Positions 9,283 through 18,703 of a stretch of 64,000 bases of DNA are shown here, piece by piece. Source of the stretch: Lachnospiraceae bacterium (GTDB lineage: Bacteria; Bacteroidota; Bacteroidia; Bacteroidales; Bacteroidaceae). Where the stretch lies: assembly GCA_963660075.1 (NCBI GenBank), contig CAVKWN010000003.1, forward strand, positions 4,517 to 68,516, written 5' to 3'. Numbering within the stretch: the first letter of the stretch is position 1; each line of letters begins with the position of its first letter. The notes under the pieces are model-generated. The model did not search any database. It was not told the DNA's origin and worked only from the letters and a program-made list of their open reading frames with translations. The position numbers were made by a program, and so were the translations under genes.

Positions 9283-10827
9283 TTATGACAAACTGACGGT
9301 TTCTTCAACCATATTCAGCATCTTAATAGTGGCCTGTATGGCAGCTTCTGTCTGGTCTGCGTCAAGTCCGCGCGTTCGCCATTGTTTTTCTCCGTCAGTC
9401 CATGTGATTACAGTCTGTACGAGAGCGTCGGTACGACCACCAGGTGGAATGGTTACAGCATAGTTTTGCAAGAGTGGGAACGTGCGGTTGAGCTTTTCCT
9501 TGTAAATCTTACGCAATGCCCTTACAAAGGCATCATACTGACCATCACCTGTTGAATCGGCTTCGTAATCCTTACCGTTGATGCTAACCTTTAGGCTTGC
9601 TATAGGTTTCAGTCCATAACTCGTTGAAACCATGTAGCTCACAAGTTTTACCCTTTGCTCTGGCGAGGTGTGTTTCAGCACGTCGCTTACAATGTATGGC
9701 AGGTCGTCTTGGGTAACGAGCTGTTTTCTGTCACCCAATTCCGTAATGCGCTGAGTTACCGCCTTTGTTTGCTCCTTTGTCAGCTCTAAGCCAATGTCCT
9801 CAAGGTTTCTCACGATATTAGCCTTGCCCGAGTTCTTGCCCAACGCGAATTCACGATGCCTGCCAAAACGCTCTGGTACCAAAGTGTTGCTATAAAGGTG
9901 TGCCTTGTTGTCACCATCGGCATGGACACCGGCAACCTGAGTAAACACGTTCTCACCAATCACAGGCGTGTTCGGCGAATAAGAGATGCCACTGTAGCCA
10001 GCTACAACATTGCTTATTTCCATGAGTGTAGACTCGTCGATATGCTCTTTCACATGCATTTGGTCTTTCAACATCACGTGAATGCTGCTCAATGGCGCAT
10101 TGCCGCAACGTTCCCCAAGGCCGTTCACCGTGACGTGCAATCCTGAGCAGCCAGCCTCAACAGCCATAAGAGAGTTGCCCACGGCCATGTCATAATCGTT
10201 ATGGGCATGGAACTCAAACTTCTGGTCAGGATATTTATCGGTCATGGCTTTCACATACTCATAAGAGTTTAATGGGTTGAGGATTCCAAGCGTGTCGGGC
10301 AGAAGAAACCTTACTATGCCTTCGTCTTTCAATGAATCCATCATGCCCCAAACGTAATCGCGACTGTCCCTCATGCCTTGCGACCAATCCTCAAGATAGA
10401 GGTTTACCGCCATTCCCTTGGAATGAGCATAAGCAATAACCGACTTTATATCGCTGACATGTTCTTCAAGAGTCTTTTTAAGTTGATACTGGCAATGTCT
10501 CAAGGAACCTTTTGCCAACAGGTTTACCGTCTTGCAATCGCATTCGATAATCCAGTCGACAGATTTTGTGCCATCAACGAATCCCAACACTTCTACCCTA
10601 TCGAGCATTCCGTGCTGCTGTGCATAGTTGCATATCATGCGGACGGCCTCTTTCTCGCCGTCAGACACTCTCGCGGAGGCCACCTCTATGCGGTCAACTC
10701 CAACGTCAGACAAGAGGTAGCGAGCAATCATGAGCTTCTCATGAGGCAAGAAGCTCACGCCATTGGTCTGCTCACCATCGCGAAGAGTAGAGTCCATTAT
10801 CTCTATTTCGCGTTCCTGATTTTTCAT
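9283..10827 (-). CDS. cimA: LeuA paralogue, probable (R)-citramalate synthase
   Basis: LRDGEQ and HAHNDYDMAVGNS motifs (HMGL-like TIM barrel) plus a C-terminal LeuA-type regulatory domain. It is the second such gene in the same operon as a bona fide leuA. The cimA call is inference. Confidence 0.6.
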   Translation of the reverse strand: MKNQEREIEIMDSTLRDGEQTNGVSFLPHEKLMIARYLLSDVGVDRIEVASARVSDGEKEAVRMICNYAQQHGMLDRVEVLGFVDGTKSVDWIIECDCKTVNLLAKGSLRHCQYQLKKTLEEHVSDIKSVIAYAHSKGMAVNLYLEDWSQGMRDSRDYVWGMMDSLKDEGIVRFLLPDTLGILNPLNSYEYVKAMTDKYPDQKFEFHAHNDYDMAVGNSLMAVEAGCSGLHVTVNGLGERCGNAPLSSIHVMLKDQMHVKEHIDESTLMEISNVVAGYSGISYSPNTPVIGENVFTQVAGVHADGDNKAHLYSNTLVPERFGRHREFALGKNSGKANIVRNLEDIGLELTKEQTKAVTQRITELGDRKQLVTQDDLPYIVSDVLKHTSPEQRVKLVSYMVSTSYGLKPIASLKVSINGKDYEADSTGDGQYDAFVRALRKIYKEKLNRTFPLLQNYAVTIPPGGRTDALVQTVITWTDGEKQWRTRGLDADQTEAAIQATIKMLNMVEETVSLS

Positions 10828-11423
10828 TATCGCTTGTTATTTTCTTCCCATGCTTCTACCTTGTCACGGTTCTGCACGAGGAAATCAACATCATCGAGAC
10901 CATTCTCTAAACAATGTTTCTTGTAACCGTTTATCTCAAAATGCTCATTGCGGCCCGTTGCGAGATTTGTCACGGTCTGGTTTGGCAAGTCTACCTTAAC
11001 CTGAGTCGTATGATAATTATTAATACACGTAAACAGCTCACTAAGGAAATCTTCCGACACAACAACCGGGAGCACGAAGTTGTTGAGCTCATTGTTCTTG
11101 TGGATATCAGCGAAGAAAGAACTGATTACCACGCGGAAACCATAACCAGCTATTGCCCAGGCAGCATGCTCACGCGAAGAACCAGAACCAAAGTTCTTGC
11201 CGGCTACCAAGATGACAGCATCCTTGAAGTCGGGATTGTTGAGCACAAAGTCTTTCTTCTCAGAGCCATCAGCATTGAAACGCCAATCGCGGAAAAGATA
11301 TGGGCCGAAACCGTCTTTTTGGGTCAATTTGAGGTAACGTGCCGGTATTATCTGGTCTGTATCAACGTTCTCCAAAGGAAGTGGCACACACGTTGAGGTG
11401 ATGATATTAAATTTCTGCTTCAT
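10827..11423 (-). CDS. leuD: 3-isopropylmalate dehydratase small subunit
   Basis: 198 aa. GKNFGSGSSREHA motif. Adjacent to leuC. Confidence 0.92.
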   Translation of the reverse strand: MKQKFNIITSTCVPLPLENVDTDQIIPARYLKLTQKDGFGPYLFRDWRFNADGSEKKDFVLNNPDFKDAVILVAGKNFGSGSSREHAAWAIAGYGFRVVISSFFADIHKNNELNNFVLPVVVSEDFLSELFTCINNYHTTQVKVDLPNQTVTNLATGRNEHFEINGYKKHCLENGLDDVDFLVQNRDKVEAWEENNKR

Positions 11424-11425
11424 GA

Positions 11426-12817
11426 TTATAGAGTTCTGGGATCTGTTATTTTACCTGTTAATGCCGCTGCCGCTGCCACAAGTGGGCTCGCGAGAATCGT
11501 ACGGCTTCCAGGCCCTTGTCGTCCCTCAAAGTTGCGGTTGCTTGTTGAGACGCTATACTTGCCTGCCGGCACCTTGTCGTCGTTCATGGCAAGGCAAGCC
11601 GAGCAACCGGGTTGGCGAATGGCGAAGCCTGCCTCTTCAAGTATCTTGTCAAGACCCTCTTCCTCTATCTGCTTTGCCACGAGATGTGAACCAGGCACAA
11701 GCCATGCTACAACATTCTCGGCCTTATGCTTTCCTTTTACAATCTCGGTAAAGGCACGGAAATCCTCGATGCGTCCATTGGTACATGCGCCTAGGAACAC
11801 GTAATCTATTGGATGGCCAAGCAACTTCTCGCCTGGCTCGAAGCCCATGTATTTCAAGCTCTTTTCAAAACCAGCTTGCTCTGCCTCGGGTATCTCGTCA
11901 AGTGTAGGAATTGAGCCATTGATTGCGATGCCCATGCCGGGATTGGTTCCATAGGTGATTCGAGGCTCAATATCGTCGGCATCGAAGACAAGTTCCTTGT
12001 CGAAAACGGCATCCTCGCCGCTCTTCAATGTCTTCCAATAGGCCACGGCCTTATCCCATTCAGCGCCCTTAGGTGCATATTCACGTCCCTTGATATATTC
12101 GAACGTGGTCTCGTCGGGAGCCACGAAGCCACCACGTGCACCCATCTCTATGGAAAGATTGCACAGGGTCAAACGGCCGTCCATGGTCATGTCGCGAACC
12201 ACGTCGCCTGCATATTCCACAAAATAGCCCGTCGCACCAGATGTGGTGAGCTTGCTCATGAGATAGAGAGCCACGTCTTTAGCGGTTACACCTGGCTTCA
12301 ACTTGCCGTTTACACTTATGCGCATCGACTTTGGTTTTTGCTGCAATATGCATTGCGACGCGAGCACCATCTCTACCTCGGAAGTGCCGATACCGAAGGC
12401 TACTGCTCCAACGGCACCATGGGTTGACGTATGGCTGTCGCCACAAACTATCGTCATGCCGGGTAAAGAGAGAGCCTTTTCGGGACCTACTACGTGGATG
12501 ATACCATTATCCTCGGTGTTATACTTAAACTCTGTCAAGCCAAACTCATCACAGTTCTTGTCGAGCGTATCAATCTGTTTCTTGCCCACTGGATCTGCGA
12601 CAGGCTTGTCTTGGTCATGGGTCTGTGTATTATGGTCTGGCATAAAGATGTTCTGTTTTGGACGGAACACCTTCAAGCCACGCTGGCGAAGTCCGTCAAA
12701 AGCCTGCGGAGTTGTTACCTCATGGCCATAAAGACGGTCTATGTAAAGTTGGGTGGGACCGTCCTCGACGATCTGAACAACGTGACTGTCCCAAATCTTG
12801 TCAAAAAGTGTATTCAT
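11426..12817 (-). CDS. leuC: 3-isopropylmalate dehydratase large subunit
   Basis: Aconitase-family motifs CGDSHT, GACTNGR and [10 protein letters not shown] (cluster cysteines). Confidence 0.93.
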   Translation of the reverse strand: MNTLFDKIWDSHVVQIVEDGPTQLYIDRLYGHEVTTPQAFDGLRQRGLKVFRPKQNIFMPDHNTQTHDQDKPVADPVGKKQIDTLDKNCDEFGLTEFKYNTEDNGIIHVVGPEKALSLPGMTIVCGDSHTSTHGAVGAVAFGIGTSEVEMVLASQCILQQKPKSMRISVNGKLKPGVTAKDVALYLMSKLTTSGATGYFVEYAGDVVRDMTMDGRLTLCNLSIEMGARGGFVAPDETTFEYIKGREYAPKGAEWDKAVAYWKTLKSGEDAVFDKELVFDADDIEPRITYGTNPGMGIAINGSIPTLDEIPEAEQAGFEKSLKYMGFEPGEKLLGHPIDYVFLGACTNGRIEDFRAFTEIVKGKHKAENVVAWLVPGSHLVAKQIEEEGLDKILEEAGFAIRQPGCSACLAMNDDKVPAGKYSVSTSNRNFEGRQGPGSRTILASPLVAAAAALTGKITDPRTL

Positions 12818-12844
12818 AATATTTTTGCTGAATCTAATGCCTTT

Positions 12845-14344
12845 TTATTTGCGAAACTTATTGATACAGTCGAGATATGCCTCAACAGAAGCAGTCACGA
12901 TATCGGTGTTGGCACCAAAGCCATAGTAGACGTGCCCGTCATACTCCACCTGCATGTGAACCTTACCGACATCATCCGAACCTTGCGTGATGGCTTGAAT
13001 GGTAAACTCCTTCAATGTCATTTGCCTATGGATAATTCGCTTGAGAGCCTTGATTGCCGCATCAACCGGACCATTGCCAGTAGCGCTTTCCTCAAACTTC
13101 TCGCCAGCGATATCAAGACCTACGCTTGCCACGTTGCGAACACCCTTACCTGCTGTCACCTGCAAATAATCGAGCTTTACAGAATGAGAATCTGCCTTGT
13201 CGGCTCCCGCAAGCATCAACACGTCGTCGTCTGTGATTTCCTTCTTGCGGTCAGCAAGCTTAAGGAACTCTTCGTAAATCTTGTCCAATCGGCTTTGATC
13301 CTTGATGTCAACGCCGTTGGCTTCCAATCTGTATTTGAGGGCCGCACGACCCGAACGCGCCGTAAGCACGATCTCGTTGTTCTCCAAACCTATGTCCTTT
13401 GGATCGATAATCTCATAGGTCTGAACGTTTTTAAGCACGCCATCCTGGTGGATACCCGAAGAGTGAGCGAAGGCGTTGCGGCCAACGATTGCCTTGTTAG
13501 GTTGTACGGGCATGTTCATCAACGAAGACACCATGCGCGAGACAGGATAGATCTTGCGAGTATTGATATTGGTGTTTATGGCAACGTTCTTGTGGCATTT
13601 CAGAATCATGGCTATTTCCTCCAACGAGGTGTTGCCGGCACGCTCACCAATGCCGTTGATGGTCACTTCAACCTGACGGGCTCCGTTCAATACGCCTTCA
13701 AGTGTGTTGGCGGTGGCCATGCCAAGGTCGTTGTGGCAGTGGGTCGAAATTATTGCCTTGTCGATATTGTCAACATGCTCCTTGAGATACTTTATTTTCG
13801 CGCCGTACTCGCTGGGCAAGCAATAGCCGGTTGTATCTGGAATGTTGACCACTGTAGCACCGGCCTTTATGACGGCTTCCACCACCTGGGCAAGATATTC
13901 GTTGTCGGTGCGACCAGCGTCCTCGGCATAGAACTCCACGTCCTCGACATACTTCTTAGCGTAAGCCACAGATCGCACTGCACGCTCGAGAATATCCTCT
14001 CGGTTGCTGTTGAACTTGTACTTGATATGATAATCGCTCGTGCCTAATCCGGTATGTATTCTCTTGTGTTTGGCAAACTTCAATGCCTCGGCAGCACAGT
14101 CGATATCCTTCTCCACGGCACGTGTCAAAGCGCAAATCGTTGGCCATGTCACGGCCTTGCTTATCTCTACCACCGAATTGAAATCGCCTGGCGATGATAT
14201 TGGGAAGCCAGCCTCAATGACGTCAACGCCAAGAAGTTCAAGCTGCTTGGCCACCTGAATCTTCTCAATGGTGTTTAATTGGCAACCTGGCACCTGCTCG
14301 CCATCACGAAGCGTCGTATCAAAAATATAAAGTCTCTCACTCAT
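12845..14344 (-). CDS. leuA: 2-isopropylmalate synthase
   Basis: 499 aa. LRDGEQ and [13 protein letters not shown] motifs plus a C-terminal LeuA dimer/regulatory domain. Confidence 0.9.
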   Translation of the reverse strand: MSERLYIFDTTLRDGEQVPGCQLNTIEKIQVAKQLELLGVDVIEAGFPISSPGDFNSVVEISKAVTWPTICALTRAVEKDIDCAAEALKFAKHKRIHTGLGTSDYHIKYKFNSNREDILERAVRSVAYAKKYVEDVEFYAEDAGRTDNEYLAQVVEAVIKAGATVVNIPDTTGYCLPSEYGAKIKYLKEHVDNIDKAIISTHCHNDLGMATANTLEGVLNGARQVEVTINGIGERAGNTSLEEIAMILKCHKNVAINTNINTRKIYPVSRMVSSLMNMPVQPNKAIVGRNAFAHSSGIHQDGVLKNVQTYEIIDPKDIGLENNEIVLTARSGRAALKYRLEANGVDIKDQSRLDKIYEEFLKLADRKKEITDDDVLMLAGADKADSHSVKLDYLQVTAGKGVRNVASVGLDIAGEKFEESATGNGPVDAAIKALKRIIHRQMTLKEFTIQAITQGSDDVGKVHMQVEYDGHVYYGFGANTDIVTASVEAYLDCINKFRK

Positions 14345-14399
14345 AATTAAGTTGTGATTAACGTAATATGTAATTAATTATTTCTATCCCTTTATTTTG

Positions 14400-14437
14400 A
14401 AAGCAAAAAGCCTTTCCACTTATGGAAGTGGAAAGGC
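14400..14437 (-). terminator. Intrinsic terminator in the leu leader (candidate attenuator terminator)
   Basis: On the minus strand: GCCTTTCCACTT, loop CCAT, AAGTGGAAAGGC (perfect 12-bp stem), then TTTTTGCTTTC. It lies 55 nt upstream of the leuA ATG. Confidence 0.7.
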
Positions 14438-14487
14438 CTTGCTATCGTATGTTTTATCAAGCATGCACACACGCCCATTCACTTCCA
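14423..14487 (-). promoter_or_regulatory. Candidate antiterminator pairing in the leu leader
   Basis: UGGAAGUGAAUGGGC (14487..14473, leader codons 20-25) can pair with GCCUUUCCACUUCCA (14437..14423, terminator 5' arm plus loop) at 13 of 15 positions by hand alignment. This is mutually exclusive with the terminator. Confidence 0.5.
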
Positions 14488-14546
14488 ACCGTTACACGCA
14501 GTCGAATGCTTAGAATAATGCTAATTATGGCGATAAGTGCTGTCAT
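14457..14546 (-). CDS. Candidate leu/ilv-type leader peptide, 29 aa
   Basis: Hand translation gives MTALIAIISIILSIRLRVTVGSEWACVHA. 11 of codons 4-20 are Ile (6), Leu (3) or Val (2). It sits between a -7 box and a terminator upstream of leuA, with an A-rich stretch before the ATG. Confidence 0.55.
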   Translation of the reverse strand: MTALIAIISIILSIRLRVTVGSEWACVHA

Positions 14547-14576
14547 TTCTTTTTATGCTATTTTCTTTAACGGTTG

Positions 14577-14584
14577 CAAAGGTA
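14577..14584 (-). promoter_or_regulatory. -7 promoter box TACCTTTG for the leu leader and operon
   Basis: Exact TAnnTTTG about 30 nt upstream of the leader ATG 14546 and downstream of the dnaB stop. Confidence 0.45.
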
Positions 14585-14646
14585 AACATTTGTCGTGATA
14601 TAAACAAATAATCTATTATTTTTTTGCTATGTTTCGTTATAATCTA

Positions 14647-16146
14647 TCAGAATGGAGTGTTTATCTCACCACCAAGAGGGTCATCGTCGTTGCCAAGCCG
14701 CGAGCCGATTATCTCTCCTCCCAAGTTGTCAACCAATGGTGTAAGCATTGTATCCTCCGGATTGGCAAAGCGCGTATACTGTCCTTGGAAGGAGAGCAAC
14801 ACGTCGCCCGTGGCACCTTTACGGTGCTTGGCAATGATGATTTGTGCCTTTCCTCGCAGGTCATTTCCTTTTTCGTCTTGATAAAGATGGTAATACTCGG
14901 GGCGGTGAACGAAAAGCACCATGTCGGCATCCTGCTCGATGGCTCCAGATTCTCGCAAGTCGCTCAGCTGAGGCCTTTTGCCTTCCAGTCCCTCTCGGTT
15001 TTCCACAGTACGGTTAAGCTGTGAGAGAGCTATCACGGGTATGTCAAGTTCTTTTGCGAGACCTTTAAGAGAACGAGATATGGTAGACACCTCCTCTTGG
15101 CGATTGCCAAAACGGGCTCCACTCGCGTTCATAAGCTGAAGGTAGTCTATCATGATTAGCTTCACACCTTTTTCACGTACTAGGCGGCGGGCCTTGGTAC
15201 GAAGCTCAAAGATTGACATGCCCGGCGTGTCGTCAACATACAACGGAACGCCCGTGAGCTTCGACAAACGTTTGTCGAATCTGTCCCATTCGTCACGGCT
15301 CAACTGACCGTTCATGATTTTCTTTCCCTCAATCTCGCACACATTACTTATTAAGCGGTCTACAAGCTGCACGTTGTTCATCTCAAGCGAGAAGAAAGCC
15401 ACAGGCTCACGATAGTCGACCGTTATGTTCTTTGCTATTGACAAAGCGAACGACGTCTTACCCATTGCAGGGCGACCGGCAATGATGACTAGGTCACTCT
15501 TCTGCCACCCTGAGGTCATGTCGTCGAGCTTGGTAAAGCCTGTTGGCAATCCCGTCAGACCAGTGCTGTTTGACGATGCTTTTTGTATGATGTCCACGGC
15601 TTGGCGCACCACAGGGTCAATCTGCGTGTAGTCTTGCCGCATGTTTTTCCGTGAAATCTCGAACAGCGAACCTTCCGCCTCTTGCATGAGCTCGTCAGTG
15701 TCGACCATAGGGTCAAAGGCAGACGTTTCTATCTTGCTGGCAAAAGAGATGAGCTGGCGTGCCATGTATTTCTGCTGGAGTATCTTGGCGTGATACTGTA
15801 TGTTGGCAGCCGAGCCAACATGCGAAGCAAGATCCACTACGTAGGTAGGTCCGCCAATGCTTTCAAGGTTGCCTTCTTTCTCAAGCTCATTGGTCACGGT
15901 GAGAATATCCACTGGATTTTCTTCGACGTTGAGATTGCGAATGGCAGCGAATATCTTTTGATGTCGTGGCTCATAGAATGTATCGGGCACCAATGTCTCG
16001 GAGACAATGGAAAAAGCGTCCTTGTCAATCATCAGCGCGCCAAGCACAACTTTTTCTATATCAAGTGCTTGTGGTTGAAGGTGACCATAAGTCGAGTCTA
16101 TCGGGGAGGATGCCTTGCGGCGTGTATTCTTGCTAGGTTCTGCCAT
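14647..16146 (-). CDS. dnaB: Replicative DNA helicase DnaB
   Basis: 499 aa. Walker A GRPAMGKTSF. N-terminal DnaB domain (LPQALDIEKVVLGALM...). Confidence 0.93.
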   Translation of the reverse strand: MAEPSKNTRRKASSPIDSTYGHLQPQALDIEKVVLGALMIDKDAFSIVSETLVPDTFYEPRHQKIFAAIRNLNVEENPVDILTVTNELEKEGNLESIGGPTYVVDLASHVGSAANIQYHAKILQQKYMARQLISFASKIETSAFDPMVDTDELMQEAEGSLFEISRKNMRQDYTQIDPVVRQAVDIIQKASSNSTGLTGLPTGFTKLDDMTSGWQKSDLVIIAGRPAMGKTSFALSIAKNITVDYREPVAFFSLEMNNVQLVDRLISNVCEIEGKKIMNGQLSRDEWDRFDKRLSKLTGVPLYVDDTPGMSIFELRTKARRLVREKGVKLIMIDYLQLMNASGARFGNRQEEVSTISRSLKGLAKELDIPVIALSQLNRTVENREGLEGKRPQLSDLRESGAIEQDADMVLFVHRPEYYHLYQDEKGNDLRGKAQIIIAKHRKGATGDVLLSFQGQYTRFANPEDTMLTPLVDNLGGEIIGSRLGNDDDPLGGEINTPF

Positions 16147-16165
16147 GTCTTTCTTAATTTCGGCA

Positions 16166-16173
16166 CAAATTTA
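16166..16173 (-). promoter_or_regulatory. -7 promoter box TAAATTTG for dnaB
   Basis: Exact TAnnTTTG about 19 nt upstream of ATG 16146. Confidence 0.4.
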
Positions 16174-16216
16174 CAAAATAATCGCAACAAAGCATAGCCA
16201 TTTCAATAAAATGATT

Positions 16217-16224
16217 TATATTTG
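16217..16224 (+). promoter_or_regulatory. -7 promoter box TATATTTG for ispE
   Basis: Exact TAnnTTTG about 22 nt upstream of ATG 16247. It lies inside the over-extended track ORF 16115..17086. Confidence 0.45.
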
Positions 16225-16246
16225 CAGATATAAAACTATTAAGACA

Positions 16247-17086
16247 ATGATTACATTTCCTTGCGCCAAAATCAATCTCGGATTAAACATCGTGGCCGAA
16301 CGCCAGGATGGCTATCACGACATAGAAACCGTGTTCTACCCTGTGAAGTTGACCGATGCCCTTGAGATAAAACTCATGTCGGATGAGTTTCCGTCGGATG
16401 TAGACTGCGACTTGAAGGTCACGGGCAATGCCGTCGACTGCGACGAGCGAAACAATCTCGTGGTAAAAGCTTACTCCTTGCTCTCTGCCGATTATGAATT
16501 GCCACGCATTCACGCTCATCTCGTGAAACGCATACCCATGCAGGCTGGCCTGGGCGGTGGTTCCTCGGATGGTGCTTACATGATAAGGCTGCTCGACGAA
16601 CGTTTCCGCCTCAACATCGGCATAGCGGAGATGGAACGCTACGCTGCCAAGTTGGGTTCCGACTGCGCGTTCTTCATCGAGGCATCTCCCGCTTACGCCA
16701 CAGGAAGGGGAGATGTGCTTGAGCCAGTAGATGGGCCACAAGGCAATCTCGACGGTTATTACATAGCCATAGTGAAACCAGACATTGCCGTGTCTACAGC
16801 GCAAGCCTACAAAGAAATCGCTTGCCACAAGCCGACCAAATGTTGTCGCGACGTGGTCAGGCAACCAATAGACACATGGAAGAATGAACTCTGCAACGAC
16901 TTCGAACAACCGGTGTTCAAGGCTCATCCTGAGCTTTCCGACATCAAGAACAAGCTATACGAACTCGGCGCCTCCTATGCGCAGATGTCGGGAAGCGGAA
17001 GTGCCATCTTCGGCATATTCAAGAACGAGCCCGTGGCGTTGGCAAAGTCATTCCCAAATTACTATACGTTCACGGCTAGACTATAA
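16247..17086 (+). CDS. ispE: 4-(cytidine 5'-diphospho)-2-C-methyl-D-erythritol kinase
   Basis: GHMP kinase motif PMQAGLGGGSSDGA. I moved the start to MITFPCAKINLGLNIV (ATG 16247) because the track ORF overlaps dnaB and the promoter box. Confidence 0.85.
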   Translation: MITFPCAKINLGLNIVAERQDGYHDIETVFYPVKLTDALEIKLMSDEFPSDVDCDLKVTGNAVDCDERNNLVVKAYSLLSADYELPRIHAHLVKRIPMQAGLGGGSSDGAYMIRLLDERFRLNIGIAEMERYAAKLGSDCAFFIEASPAYATGRGDVLEPVDGPQGNLDGYYIAIVKPDIAVSTAQAYKEIACHKPTKCCRDVVRQPIDTWKNELCNDFEQPVFKAHPELSDIKNKLYELGASYAQMSGSGSAIFGIFKNEPVALAKSFPNYYTFTARL

Positions 17087-17101
17087 TAGAAATGTAAAGG
17101 C

Positions 17102-17758
17102 ATGAAAAGAAAGGTGTTTTTCTCACACAAGGAAGAGCTATGGAACTCTTGGAGTCATGCCGCCGGTATCTTGCTTGGCGTTGTCGTTGGCATCATATTC
17201 TTGGTCTGGTGTTTTCGTTATCACAACGGATGGGCAACTGCAGGAGTCATACTCTACCTTTTCGGCATGCTCTCGAGCTATGTGGCATCAACCGTGTACC
17301 ATGCGCTATCTGCCCGCTCTATATGGAAAGAGCGGCTGCGAAAGTGGGATCATGCTGCCATCTATTGGCATATTGCGGGCTCTTATTCTCCAATAACGCT
17401 CGTGGCGCTTCGCGACCAGGGCTTGTGGGGTTGGGCATTGTTCTGTTTCGTATGGCTATGCGCAATTGTGGGTACGATAATTTCTTTTAAACATCTCAAA
17501 GGTCATAGCAACTTAGAGACCTTTGCCTACGTTGGCATGGGCCTATGCGTGCTTGTTGCGTTTAAGCCTTTGATAGACAGCGTTTCGGCTGGTGCAGTGT
17601 CGTGGATTGTGGCTGAGGGGGTGGCTTACATCACAGGCGCATTGTTTTATATGCAGCACAATCGCAAATACATGCACACGGTGTTCCATTTCTTCGTGTT
17701 GCTCGGAAGCGTCTGCCACATAATAGCGGTATGGAGCATCCTGCTGCAATATGTTTGA
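17102..17758 (+). CDS. Hemolysin III / PAQR family membrane protein
   Basis: 218 aa, seven TM helices, conserved His-containing segments (WSHAAG, HTVFHFFV). Confidence 0.75.
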   Translation: MKRKVFFSHKEELWNSWSHAAGILLGVVVGIIFLVWCFRYHNGWATAGVILYLFGMLSSYVASTVYHALSARSIWKERLRKWDHAAIYWHIAGSYSPITLVALRDQGLWGWALFCFVWLCAIVGTIISFKHLKGHSNLETFAYVGMGLCVLVAFKPLIDSVSAGAVSWIVAEGVAYITGALFYMQHNRKYMHTVFHFFVLLGSVCHIIAVWSILLQYV

Positions 17759-17848
17759 CATTGACGTATAAATCATTTAGACATAACATAACGTGTTGCT
17801 GTAGCAGTTCATTGCGTTCGCGACATCATGTCATGAGACTTATAAATA

Positions 17849-18652
17849 ATGAAGATTACTAAACGTAAATTTACGCTATATTTTTTCGGTGCAGTTGTGT
17901 TTTTAGCCTTTGTCAGGCTTATCTTTCCAAGCGTGGCGACGGGTGTTGAAAAGCCAACGGAAAAGAAACCCGCAGACGAGACGATTGTTGCCGACGGCAA
18001 CCGGAAAAACAAGTCGGCTATGCCGTTGCCCATTGACAAGACAGACATGCGTACCATCTTCTTTGGCAAAGATGGCAAAGAGGCGAAGAGCAGAATATAC
18101 AGCGTGCCTGGCTTTGAGGCCTCTTTCCCTGACCAAAACGACGTACAGCTCTTAGCCGCTGAAAAATGGGGTGTGAGACCTGTTGCCGACAGTGCCGACG
18201 CCTCAAAGCATTTGTCTTCATTGGTGTATGTAGGAGCCAATCCATACTTTCATGTAGACCGCCTTCGTGACAGTTCTCCGTTTCTTGTCCCGCGTGCAGC
18301 CGTGCTTCTTCAAGACATAGGACGCAATTTCTTCGACTCTCTTCATGTCAAGCACATTCCACTCCATAAGATAATCGTTACGAGCGTTTTGCGAACCAAG
18401 GCTGACGTTGCCAAGTTGCAAAAGAAGAATGCCAATGCCAAGACAAACAGTTGCCATCTCTTTGGTACCACTTTCGACGTGGCATACAATCGTTATAAGA
18501 CGGTTGAAGTGCCAGGCGAACACAGGCGTGAGGTCAGAAACGACACGCTGAAGTGGGTTCTTGCGGAGGTTATGCGCGACATGAGGGAAAGAAACCGTTG
18601 CCTCATAAAATACGAGGTGAAACAAGGGTGTTGGCACATAACGGTAAAATAA
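17849..18652 (+). CDS. Secreted peptidase M15 (VanY/LD-carboxypeptidase)-like protein
   Basis: N-terminal signal/anchor. SCHLFGTTFD resembles the SxHxxGxAxD zinc-ligand motif, and C-terminal CWHI resembles the final His motif. The functional call is tentative. Confidence 0.5.
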   Translation: MKITKRKFTLYFFGAVVFLAFVRLIFPSVATGVEKPTEKKPADETIVADGNRKNKSAMPLPIDKTDMRTIFFGKDGKEAKSRIYSVPGFEASFPDQNDVQLLAAEKWGVRPVADSADASKHLSSLVYVGANPYFHVDRLRDSSPFLVPRAAVLLQDIGRNFFDSLHVKHIPLHKIIVTSVLRTKADVAKLQKKNANAKTNSCHLFGTTFDVAYNRYKTVEVPGEHRREVRNDTLKWVLAEVMRDMRERNRCLIKYEVKQGCWHITVK

Positions 18653-18688
18653 AACCTCCAAGCTCTTTTCACAAAAAGCCTGGAGGTT
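18653..18688. terminator. Weak hairpin between convergent genes
   Basis: AACCTCCA / TGGAGGTT, an 8-bp stem with a 20-nt loop. The T-run is only on the minus-strand side. Confidence 0.3.
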
Positions 18689-18703
18689 GAGTATATATCG
18701 TGG

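Noticed and set aside
12494-14047. 517-aa plus-strand ORF
   Set aside because: It runs antisense across the leuC/leuA junction, where the minus strand encodes unmistakable LeuC and LeuA motifs. The product is low-complexity (L/V/H/D-rich) with no motifs. It is a typical shadow ORF of GC3-biased genes.
14400-14437. Leu-leader hairpin considered as nothing more than the dnaB terminator
   Set aside because: Not fully excluded. It lies 210 nt past the dnaB stop, after a -7 box and an I/L/V-rich mini-ORF whose 3' part can pair with the terminator 5' arm. No promoter box is visible between it and leuA. I therefore favour the attenuator reading.
16115-16246. N-terminal extension of ispE, and similar alternative-start extensions in the track at 20611, 26043, 26006, 28699, 44798, 56515 and 59954
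   Set aside because: Most begin at TTG-type codons; the ones I checked (20611, 26043, 28699, 44798, 59954) are TTG. They overlap neighbouring genes or the predicted -7 boxes. An ATG with a family-typical N-terminus follows in every case.
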